Positions 7,870 to 15,401 of a DNA stretch of 15,578 nucleotides are shown here, piece after piece. Made by a program: the position numbers and the translations under genes. A model generated the notes under the pieces. It ran no database searches. It was not told where the DNA came from and worked only from the letters and a program-made list of their open reading frames with translations. Each line of letters opens with the position of its first letter. The stretch's first letter is position 1. Source of the DNA: Abditibacteriaceae bacterium (GTDB lineage Bacteria > Armatimonadota > Abditibacteriia > Abditibacteriales > Abditibacteriaceae); NCBI GenBank assembly GCA_031425655.1, contig JANPJS010000277.1, positions 1 through 15,578 of the forward strand, in the 5' to 3' direction.

Positions 7870-9336
7870 ATGAATCCAATTTTAGAAACCCAACGCCATC
7901 TTACGCGCCGCGAATTTTTCGGGCGCACCTCGTGCGGATTGGGCACAGCGGCGTTGGCGCTGCTTCTCAAACGCGACGGCTTGGCTGCGACGCCCAATGT
8001 AGCGCGGCCACGTTTAGGCGGTTTGCCCAATTTGCCACACTTCGCGCCCAAAGCCAAGCGTGTCATTTATTTGTTTCAAAACGGCGCGCCGACGCACGTT
8101 GATTTGTTCGATTACAAGCCGAAACTCAAGGAAATGCACGGCCAGCCGATTCCCGACGAATATCTGGCGGGCAAGCGCTTTAGCACCATGACCGGCGTGG
8201 CGAAGGGCAAATTGATGCTGGCGCCGCTGGAACCGTTCGCGCAACACGGGCAAAGCGGCGCGTGGGTCAGCAGTTTTCTGCCCTTCACGGCGAAAATCGC
8301 CGACGAATTGTGCTTCGTCAAGAGCATGAATACCGCCTCCATCAATCACGCACCGGCGATTTCTTTCTTTTTATCGGGCGCCGAAATGCCCGGACGGCCT
8401 TCGCTTGGCGCGTGGCTGAGCTACGGTTTGGGCAGCGAAAGCGATAACCTACCCGCCTTCGTGGTGATGACTTCCTTAACCAAAGGCACGAGTTGCGGGC
8501 AGATTTTTTACGATTATTACTGGGGTTCGGGCTTTCTGCCCAGCAAGTTTCAGGGCGTGAAGTTCAGGGGCGGCGACCCGGTTTTGTATTTGAATAATCC
8601 CGACGGCCTGAGCCGCGAACTGCGTCGTGCGCAGCTTGACGGCTTGGCGCAGCTCAACGAAATCAAGCTGAACGATTTCGCCGACCCGGAAATCGCCACG
8701 CGCATTTCGCAATACGAAATGGCTTACCGGATGCAGGCCGGCGTGCCCGAATTGACCGATTTTTCGGACGAATCCGCCGCGACGCTGGAAATGTATGGCC
8801 CGAACGTCAAAACGCCCGGCCATTACGCCAATAATTGCCTGATGGCGCGCCGCCTCATCGAACGCGGCACGCGCTTCGTGCAAGTCATGCACGCCGGCTG
8901 GGATCAGCACAACTCGCTCACAACCGAGCTTTACAATCAATGCAAAGACACCGATCAGCCGTCGGCGGCTTTGGTCAAAGACCTCAAACAGCGCGGCTTG
9001 TTGGATGAAACCTTAGTCATATGGGGCGGCGAATTCGGACGCACGCCGTTCATTCAAGGCGACATCAACGAAAAACCGCGCTGGGGCCGCGATCATCATC
9101 CGTATGCTTTTACTTTGTGGATGGCCGGCGGCGGCGTCAAACCCGGCATTACTTACGGCGAAACCGACGATTTAGGCATGAACGCAGTCAAAAACCCGGT
9201 TCACGTTCACGATTTTCAAGCCACGCTGCTGCATTTGATGGGGCTTGACCACGAAAAGCTGACTTACAAATTTCAAGGCCGCAATTTCCGCCTGACCGAT
9301 GTCGAAGGTCATGTCGTAAAAGATATTCTGATTTAA
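7870..9336 (+). CDS. Second DUF1501 domain protein, Tat-exported
   Basis: Start is ATG7870 (MNPILETQRHLTRREFF) or ATG7843, which overlaps the upstream stop as ATGA. Tat motif LTRREFF. Family motifs: KAKRVIYLFQNGAPTHVDLFD, CLMARRLIERGTRFVQ, WDQH, GEFGRTP, GRDHHP, RLTDVEGHVVKDIL. Confidence 0.92.
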   Translation: MNPILETQRHLTRREFFGRTSCGLGTAALALLLKRDGLAATPNVARPRLGGLPNLPHFAPKAKRVIYLFQNGAPTHVDLFDYKPKLKEMHGQPIPDEYLAGKRFSTMTGVAKGKLMLAPLEPFAQHGQSGAWVSSFLPFTAKIADELCFVKSMNTASINHAPAISFFLSGAEMPGRPSLGAWLSYGLGSESDNLPAFVVMTSLTKGTSCGQIFYDYYWGSGFLPSKFQGVKFRGGDPVLYLNNPDGLSRELRRAQLDGLAQLNEIKLNDFADPEIATRISQYEMAYRMQAGVPELTDFSDESAATLEMYGPNVKTPGHYANNCLMARRLIERGTRFVQVMHAGWDQHNSLTTELYNQCKDTDQPSAALVKDLKQRGLLDETLVIWGGEFGRTPFIQGDINEKPRWGRDHHPYAFTLWMAGGGVKPGITYGETDDLGMNAVKNPVHVHDFQATLLHLMGLDHEKLTYKFQGRNFRLTDVEGHVVKDILI

Positions 9337-9354
9337 AATCGGCATCGCTAAAGC

Positions 9355-9387
9355 AAAAAGTCCGCCGAAGTTTTCGGCGGACTTTTT
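9355..9387. terminator. Bidirectional rho-independent terminator
   Basis: AAAAAGTCCGCCGAA-GTT-TTCGGCGGACTTTTT: a GC stem with an A-tract and a T-tract, between convergent genes. Confidence 0.9.
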
Positions 9388-9415
9388 ACGTTGTGTAAGT
9401 CTTTTTTGTGGGACA

Positions 9416-10957
9416 TCAGAACTTGCGCGACAGTTCCAGATAGAAGTAATTTGCGCTGTCGCCTGCCGGATGGACGTTGGCTACGGCGCCACCGCCGCTG
9501 GCGTGCGCGGCATAAAGCGTCACGCTGGTCAGAGGATTAAGCTGCCGTTCGATGCTGACATCGAAGATGTTCGCTAAGCCCTTGTTGCCGCCACTGGGAC
9601 GCCCCTGATAACCAAAAACCGTATCGTTAAAGGCGCCGCCGCCAAGATACCACGAATCGGCGGCACTGCTCAGGCGAACGCGATGCGCGTCGGCGCGAAT
9701 CGTGGTTTTAGGGTTGGGACGCAGAATCGCTTGGGCGAATAAATCCTCGTTGTTCATCAGGTTGTAAAACGGAAAGCGGGCGTAGATGCGCGGCGTGGGC
9801 AGCACTTGAAAAAAAGTTTGGTGGCGCCCGCCGAGCGCGCCTTCGGGCGTATCGTCGCCGCTGCCATTGAAATAGCCGACGCGCAGCCAGGGCTTCCATT
9901 TCATCTTCGCCGGTTGATAGCCGGCTTCCAATGCTACGGCGTGCGCGCGGTGCGACTGGCTGCCCCAGTCACCGTTTTGCAAAGCGCCCCACGCTAAAAT
10001 ATCGGCTTTGCCGCCCGCCAAATCGAAAGTGCGAATATAATGCGCGCCCAACGTGTTGACATTAATGTCGCCGGTATCGGCGGCGCGCACCGGCGCCGGG
10101 CGATTATCCACCGGCGTCAGTCCGCGTCCATCGTGATAGCGCAACAGAAACAGGCGGCCTTCGGCGGATTTCATCGGTTTGGTGTAAGAGCCGTAAAACG
10201 TATGAACGCTTTTTACTTCGCCCATGCCATTAAGTTGGAACACGCCTTCTGTGGGCCGCGCGCCTAAGAAAGTGAAGTTGCCTTTTGGCGTGTCGTGCGT
10301 AAATTGAACGCCGTCGAACGAGCGTTGGACGTGCGAAAAACCGAAGTTCCCGATCAAGCGGTGATTGATGCGCTCGCGCTTGAGCCATGCGAGTGAGCCG
10401 TCTTTGGGCATGACTTCGCTGCCGTCCCAGAATTCCAAGCGGCCCAGTTTCAAGCTGTTGGCCGGGCTGCCCAATCCTTTGAATTTCACGAAGGCTTGCT
10501 TCAGAAAAATGCTGCCGTCCTGCGCGCCGTTGACCGCGCGATAAGTGCCACCATGCCCCAGTTGTCCCTGCGGAGGCGGCGCTACGGCGGAATCTGGCAA
10601 TCCGAGAAGTGTCGGTTGCGACAGCTCGAATTGGTAATCGGCACTTTTGGTTTGCCGTCCGATGCCGAGGCGCAAAAGCGAGGCGCCAAAGGTGTAATTG
10701 TCGTCGAAGCCGGGCGTATCAAACCAATTCCAATTTTCGCCGCGCAAGCGCACGCTGCCGTTAACCGTCCAATCGCCGATCTTGTAAGGCGGCGGAGCCG
10801 TTGCCGGCTTTGTGGCGGGAACTGCCGGTTTTGCCTCGGCGGCAGTCGTGGGGCCGGGAATCGGCGCCGGCGTTGCGGGATTTTGAGCAAAGGCGGTAGA
10901 AATTGGCATGATGGCGGCCAGCGCCAGCCCTCCGGCCAGTTGGACGGGGAAACGCAT
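9416..10957 (-). CDS. Alginate-export-family outer-membrane beta-barrel (putative anion porin)
   Basis: AAGGA lies 8 nt upstream of ATG10957. Signal peptide MRFPVQLAGGLALAAIMPISTAFA-Q, then a Pro/Ala linker. Family-like motifs RLRGENW, LKLGR and QRSFDG. Ends in YLELSRKF, a terminal-Phe beta-signal. The ORF-track start at 11212 overlaps the ATPase and is rejected. Confidence 0.8.
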   Translation of the reverse strand: MRFPVQLAGGLALAAIMPISTAFAQNPATPAPIPGPTTAAEAKPAVPATKPATAPPPYKIGDWTVNGSVRLRGENWNWFDTPGFDDNYTFGASLLRLGIGRQTKSADYQFELSQPTLLGLPDSAVAPPPQGQLGHGGTYRAVNGAQDGSIFLKQAFVKFKGLGSPANSLKLGRLEFWDGSEVMPKDGSLAWLKRERINHRLIGNFGFSHVQRSFDGVQFTHDTPKGNFTFLGARPTEGVFQLNGMGEVKSVHTFYGSYTKPMKSAEGRLFLLRYHDGRGLTPVDNRPAPVRAADTGDINVNTLGAHYIRTFDLAGGKADILAWGALQNGDWGSQSHRAHAVALEAGYQPAKMKWKPWLRVGYFNGSGDDTPEGALGGRHQTFFQVLPTPRIYARFPFYNLMNNEDLFAQAILRPNPKTTIRADAHRVRLSSAADSWYLGGGAFNDTVFGYQGRPSGGNKGLANIFDVSIERQLNPLTSVTLYAAHASGGGAVANVHPAGDSANYFYLELSRKF

Positions 10958-10974
10958 AACAATATTCCTTTGAA

Positions 10975-10998
10975 GCCGGGCGCCTTGAGTCGCCCGGC
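10975..10998 (-). promoter_or_regulatory. GC-rich hairpin directly upstream of the porin RBS
   Basis: GCCGGGCG-N8-CGCCCGGC forms an 8-bp stem ending a few nt before AAGGA on the - strand. Function unknown. Confidence 0.4.
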
Positions 10999-11084
10999 CA
11001 AATAAGATTAGGTTAACAGTGTCCCAAATCGGCACACCGCCTGATTCGGGGGCTTTGAGCAAGCAATAACGCTGTTGAGCAAGG

Positions 11085-11891
11085 CTACGCGGCTTTTTGC
11101 AGAGGCGGTGTGTGTTCTTCGAGCAGTTCGAGCAGGCGCTCTTTGATGTCGGCGTAACGCGGGTGATGAAGAATGCTGCGTTTGTCGCGAGGGCGTTCAA
11201 TATCCACGTCAATAACCTCGCCGATGGTGGCTGCGGGGCCGTTCGTCATTACCACGATGCGGTCGGCCAAGAAAATGGCCTCGTCCATGTCGTGCGTGAC
11301 CATGAAAATCGTCTGATGCCGCCCTTTAGTTTCGCGCCACATTCGCAACAATTCGACGTGCATGGTGCCTTTAGTGAGCGCATCCAGCGCGCCGAACGGC
11401 TCGTCGAGCAACAAAACGTCCGGTTCGATGGCGAACGCCCGCGCGATGGCGACACGCTGTTTCATGCCGCCCGAAAGCTGCGCCGGCTTCTTATTGCGAT
11501 GCTCCCACAGATTCACCATTTGCAGCGCATCGTCGGTAAGCTTGTGCTTTTCCTTCGCAGCCATGTTCTTTTCGTAAACCGATGAGACCGCCTCGAAGAC
11601 GTTTTCCTGCACCGTCAGCCACGGCAGCAGCGAGTAATTCTGAAAAACCATCGCGCGATCCCAGCCGGGGCCTTTGACGACGCGGCCTTCGATCATCACT
11701 TGGCCTCCGGTGGGTTTCACCAAACCGGCGATCATCGAAAGCACCGTGCTTTTGCCGCAGCCCGAATGGCCGATAAAAGCGACGAACTCGCCTTGCTTGA
11801 CATTCAAATTTACGTCTTGCACCGCGACGGTTTTTTGCTTGCCGACCGTAAATTCTTTGGTCAGATTTTCGATGCGAATAAATGGATTCAT
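11085..11891 (-). CDS. nrtD: Nitrate/nitrite ABC transporter ATP-binding subunit (single-domain NrtD-like)
   Basis: Walker A GHSGCGKS, Q-loop VFQNYSLLPW, signature LSGGMKQR, Walker B LLLDEPFGALD, H-loop VTHD, and MTNGPAA typical of NrtC/D. RBS GAGGA. Confidence 0.9.
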   Translation of the reverse strand: MNPFIRIENLTKEFTVGKQKTVAVQDVNLNVKQGEFVAFIGHSGCGKSTVLSMIAGLVKPTGGQVMIEGRVVKGPGWDRAMVFQNYSLLPWLTVQENVFEAVSSVYEKNMAAKEKHKLTDDALQMVNLWEHRNKKPAQLSGGMKQRVAIARAFAIEPDVLLLDEPFGALDALTKGTMHVELLRMWRETKGRHQTIFMVTHDMDEAIFLADRIVVMTNGPAATIGEVIDVDIERPRDKRSILHHPRYADIKERLLELLEEHTPPLQKAA

Positions 11892-11913
11892 GATTTTCCT
11901 CAGGTGTATTGCA

Positions 11914-12038
11914 AAAGTTGGCGGAACGCCCCCACCCAGCCTCCCCCGGAGGGGGAGGAGCTACATTCTCCTCCCTGCGCGGGCGCCCTTTGGGCAGGTG
12001 GTTAGGGGAGGGCAAAGCGCGAATATGGCAGTGGCTTT
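11914..12038. mobile_element. 125-bp REP-type insertion flanked by 12-bp direct repeats (putative target-site duplication)
   Basis: AGGTGTATTGCA occurs at 11902-11913 and 12039-12050. Inside is the hairpin CCTCCCCC-GGA-GGGGGAGG (11940-11958) and a degenerate inverted copy (CTCCTCCC 11968-11975 ... GGTTAGGGGAGGGC 12000-12013). Confidence 0.75.
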
Positions 12039-12894
12039 AGGTGTATTGCACGCGCTTCAACGCCGCTTCAAAAACGCGGTCGAGCAGCAAGCCGACCATG
12101 CCGATTAGCATCACGGCGGCGACCATTTTGTCGTAGCTTCCGGCGTTGTAAGAATCCCACGCAAAAAAGCCCATGCCCATATCGCCCGACAGCATTTCGG
12201 CGGCGACGATAACCAGCCACGCGGTTCCCATGCTCAAGCGCAAACCCGTCACGATGTGCGGCAAAGCGAACGGCAGCAGGATTTTCGAGAAATAACGCTG
12301 CGAGGAAAATTGGAAAACACGCGCCACAGTCCGGTAATCTTCGGGCAGCGAACCGACGCCGAAAGCCGTGTTAATCAGCGTCGGCCACAGGCTGGTGATG
12401 AAAATCGTGAACAGCGTGGCGGTGGAGGTGCCGCCCATCGCTTTGAAGGTCACGAGCGACAATGGAAACCATACGAGCGGCGAAACTGGCCGCAAAATCT
12501 GCGCAATCGGGTCGAAAAGGCGCTTGCAAATCGCGCTCGAACCCATCAGCATACCGAGTGGAATGGCTAACGCAGCGCCTAAGCTGAAACCGATAGCCAC
12601 ACGCTTCAACGAGGCGCCCAATTGCAGGCCGATGCCCATATTATTGGGATCGGTGCTGAAAGGGGTTTTCAGCATTTCAATCAGCGTTGCCGTCGCGGTC
12701 AGCGGCGTCGGCAAATCTTTGCCGATGGTCATGCAGACGATCTGCCAGCCTACGGCCAGCAAAGTCAGGCTGGCCAACAGCCACACGAAATTGAGAGCGC
12801 TCGTTTTGACTTGCAGCATCCAAGCCGGCGCGGCAACAGTTTTGGTTTTTGCGCCCGTTACGGTTTCGAGAGGTAAAGCTCCGTCTTGAATCAT
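12037..12894 (-). CDS. nrtB: Nitrate ABC transporter permease (NrtB-like)
   Basis: Multiple transmembrane segments. Motifs SLKRVAIGF, QILRPVSPLVWFPL, WPTLINTAFGV, TGLRLSMGTAWLVIVAAEML. ATG directly abuts the nrtA stop (TAAATG). Confidence 0.9.
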   Translation of the reverse strand: MIQDGALPLETVTGAKTKTVAAPAWMLQVKTSALNFVWLLASLTLLAVGWQIVCMTIGKDLPTPLTATATLIEMLKTPFSTDPNNMGIGLQLGASLKRVAIGFSLGAALAIPLGMLMGSSAICKRLFDPIAQILRPVSPLVWFPLSLVTFKAMGGTSTATLFTIFITSLWPTLINTAFGVGSLPEDYRTVARVFQFSSQRYFSKILLPFALPHIVTGLRLSMGTAWLVIVAAEMLSGDMGMGFFAWDSYNAGSYDKMVAAVMLIGMVGLLLDRVFEAALKRVQYT

Positions 12895-14217
12895 TTAAAC
12901 CAGCGCTCCTTTCACACGCTGCAAGGCCGCGTAGCGCTTGAGCATCATGTCCGGCTTGGTGGCATCGAAGGCCATGCGATCAGCTTGGACGTTGAAGGGT
13001 TTCATATCGTCGGCGGGAATGGCGATTTTCATTTCTTCCGCGACTTCTTTGTAAAGGTCTTGCAGAATGACCTTTTTGGCGATGGCCTCATAATCCGGTT
13101 CGGTTTTCAAGCGTCCGAAACGCACATAATTGGTCAAAAACCAGACGCCGTGCGAGTAGCGCGGAAAGTTGGTCGCTCCGTTGTGGAAGAACAACATGGT
13201 GTCGTCCTTGAACAGCTTTTTGCCCAGATTGCTGCCCAGCGCATATTCGCCCATCAAGCGGGCATCAATCACGTCCGACGGCGCGTTGATGTATTGCTGA
13301 CCGCCCACCACTTTAGCGGCGTGCGCGCGGTTTTTCATCTCATCCAGCCATTTCGAGGCTTCCAAGATGGCCGTCATCACTTTTTTCAAGTCGTTGCGGC
13401 GCGTTTCGGCAAATTTGCCGTTGACAACTAAGGCTTTTTCCGGGTGATGCTTCCACAGCGTTTGCGTGGCGACGAAGGTAAAACCGATGCCTTTTTTGGC
13501 GGCCACGCCGCCCCACGGCTCGCCGACGTTATAGCCGTCCATGTTGCCGGCTTCCATGTTCGCCACCATCTGCGGCGGCGGAATCGGCTTGATTTTCACC
13601 GATTTGTGGTCAATTCCCGCGGCGGCTAAAGTCAGGTGCAGCCACATATCGTGCGTTCCGCCGGGAAACGTCATGGCAAAGGTCGGTTCTTTAGTTTTGC
13701 GAAGTTCCTCGACGGCTGTTTTCAACTGCCCGTAATTGGCATAGCCGACTTTGCCGCCGAAATGCTGGGTGGAAAGCGTGGTCGCCTGCCCGTTGTTGTT
13801 GAGCACCATCGCAATCCGTAACGGGTCGCCTTTGCTTTCGCTGACGCCGGTTTCGGTTGCGAAAGGCATCCCGAATAAGCAGTGCGCCGCTTCGATTTGG
13901 CCTGACGCCAGATTATCGCGCGTAATCGGCCACGAGGGTTGCTGCTTTAGCTCGACTTCGACGCCGTGTTTCTTGAATAAACCTAACTCCTGCGCCATGA
14001 TGACCGAAGAGCAGTCGGTGAGCTTGATATAGCCGATACGAATCGGCCCGCCGGCAGGAGCGCTTGGCACAGCGCCGCCCGTAGCCGCACCGGTTCCCGT
14101 CACTTTCGCGGATTCAGCAGGTGAGCCGCATCCCGCCAAAAAATTGGCGCCGGTCGCACCGGCCACACCGGTTAATGCCATGCGGCGTAGCAGTTCGCGT
14201 CTTGTTAAGTCACTCAT
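12895..14217 (-). CDS. nrtA: CmpA/NrtA-family nitrate/nitrite-binding lipoprotein with Tat signal
   Basis: GGGAGA RBS. LTRRELL twin-arginine motif plus lipobox LAG-C. Motifs GYIKLTDC, SW, NGQA, TFPGGTHDMW, PPPQMVANM, VGEPW, HPEK. The Lys in HPEK matches nitrate-binding NrtA; CmpA has Glu there. Confidence 0.88.
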   Translation of the reverse strand: MSDLTRRELLRRMALTGVAGATGANFLAGCGSPAESAKVTGTGAATGGAVPSAPAGGPIRIGYIKLTDCSSVIMAQELGLFKKHGVEVELKQQPSWPITRDNLASGQIEAAHCLFGMPFATETGVSESKGDPLRIAMVLNNNGQATTLSTQHFGGKVGYANYGQLKTAVEELRKTKEPTFAMTFPGGTHDMWLHLTLAAAGIDHKSVKIKPIPPPQMVANMEAGNMDGYNVGEPWGGVAAKKGIGFTFVATQTLWKHHPEKALVVNGKFAETRRNDLKKVMTAILEASKWLDEMKNRAHAAKVVGGQQYINAPSDVIDARLMGEYALGSNLGKKLFKDDTMLFFHNGATNFPRYSHGVWFLTNYVRFGRLKTEPDYEAIAKKVILQDLYKEVAEEMKIAIPADDMKPFNVQADRMAFDATKPDMMLKRYAALQRVKGALV

Positions 14218-14233
14218 TTATGTTCGTTCTCCC

Positions 14234-14252
14234 TGAAAAGCCGGGCTTTTCA
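14234..14252 (-). promoter_or_regulatory. Leader hairpin abutting the nrtA ribosome-binding site
   Basis: The - strand reads TGAAAAGC-CCG-GCTTTTCA immediately before GGGAGA. Confidence 0.45.
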
Positions 14253-14318
14253 TCGCCTTTCTCTTCATAAAGTGCCGCTGGAGTGACGCATTGGCCGCAG
14301 GATTCACATTGAAGCTAA

Positions 14319-14345
14319 GTAACTTTTTGGTAACGATTATGTTTC
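14319..14345 (-). promoter_or_regulatory. Putative GlnR/OmpR-type operator: three pentamers at 11-bp period
   Basis: The - strand reads GAAAC-ataatc-GTTAC-caaaaa-GTTAC about 100 nt upstream of nrtA. This matches the GTNAC-N6-GAAAC half-site style of actinobacterial GlnR boxes. Confidence 0.5.
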
Positions 14346-14462
14346 CAAGTTTCTGAAAAGGTATCGCGCATTAAGCCATTGTTTCCCGCGAAAACTCCTG
14401 GAAACAAACGACTGACCCGTTTTTCCGTAACTTTGAAGCAGCGCCGAATCTCAAACGAACTC

Positions 14463-15401
14463 ATGAAAAAGATTGGTTTGTTTTTACTCGCAGCGGCGCT
14501 TTGCCCTGCTCTGTCGCACGCCCAAGACGCCGTTACCCATCGTTTTCTCGGTGCCGACAAAGGCAAAGTGAAGATCATTAATGCCAAAGGCGAAGTCGAA
14601 TGGGAAGTTGAAAATCGTTTCACCTGCCACGACATTGCGATGTTGCCCAACGGCAATATTCTCATGCCGACGAGCAACACCAAAATCGTCGAGATGACGC
14701 CGGATAAAAAGATCGTGTGGACGCACGAATCGAAGCCCAAAGACGGCTACAAAGGCGCGGTTGAAATTCACGGTTTCCAGCGCCTCGCCGACGGCAACAC
14801 GATGGTCGCCGAATCCGGCAATTTACGCATCATCGAAGTGGACAAAGACGATAAAATCGTCAAAGAAGTGCCGATTACCGTTGATCGTCCCAATTCGCAC
14901 CGCGATACACGCCGCGTTCGCAAGTTGGACAACGGGCACTATTTGGCCTGCCACGAAGGCGACGGAACCGTCCGCGAATACGACGAAACCGGCAAAGTCG
15001 TGTGGAGTTACAAGCTCGATTTAGGCGGGCGCGAACGCACCGGCGGCCACGACGGCCACGGAACCGAAGTCTTCAACGCGATTCGTTTGCCGAATGGCAA
15101 CACGATGATCGGCGGCGGCAACAACAACCGCGTGCTGGAAGTCAATCCCGCTGGCGAAATCGTGTGGAGCATTGACCATAAAGAACTGCCCGGCATTCAG
15201 CTTTTCTGGGTCACGGGTCTGCAAGCGTTGCCCAACGGCAATTTAATCGTCGGCAACACGCACGCCGGGCCGAACAACCCGCAGCTTTTTGAAGTGACGC
15301 GCGATAAAAAAGTCGTGTGGCAAGTCAAAGATTGGAACAACTTCGGCAACGATATGTGCGCCACGCAAGTGTTGGACGTGCCCGCGAATTCGGTTCGTTA
15401 A
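14463..15401 (+). CDS. Secreted beta-propeller repeat protein (PQQ-binding-like / arylsulfotransferase-like)
   Basis: Signal peptide MKKIGLFLLAAALCPALSHA-Q from ATG14463. Five to six blade repeats L(P/A/D)(N/D)G(N/H)...(I/V)xEV...G/K-x-(I/V)VW (LPNGNIL, LADGNTM, LDNGHYL, LPNGNTM, LPNGNLI). Confidence 0.82.
   Translation: MKKIGLFLLAAALCPALSHAQDAVTHRFLGADKGKVKIINAKGEVEWEVENRFTCHDIAMLPNGNILMPTSNTKIVEMTPDKKIVWTHESKPKDGYKGAVEIHGFQRLADGNTMVAESGNLRIIEVDKDDKIVKEVPITVDRPNSHRDTRRVRKLDNGHYLACHEGDGTVREYDETGKVVWSYKLDLGGRERTGGHDGHGTEVFNAIRLPNGNTMIGGGNNNRVLEVNPAGEIVWSIDHKELPGIQLFWVTGLQALPNGNLIVGNTHAGPNNPQLFEVTRDKKVVWQVKDWNNFGNDMCATQVLDVPANSVR

Noticed and set aside
605..9336. Assigning the host to Planctomycetota from PSD1/DUF1501 content
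   Set aside because: These families also occur in other phyla and the window has no phylogenetic marker gene.
11055..11083. TTGAGCAAG direct repeat 20 nt apart after the ATPase stop
   Set aside because: Only two 9-bp copies and no supporting context.
10958..11212. 85-aa N-terminal extension of the porin ORF
   Set aside because: Overlaps the ATPase gene. The RBS and signal peptide point to ATG10957.
14328..14342. Sigma-54-like TGGTAAC...ATGT or NtcA site
   Set aside because: It lacks the -12 GC and faces away from nrtA. GTA-N8-TAC is not satisfied.
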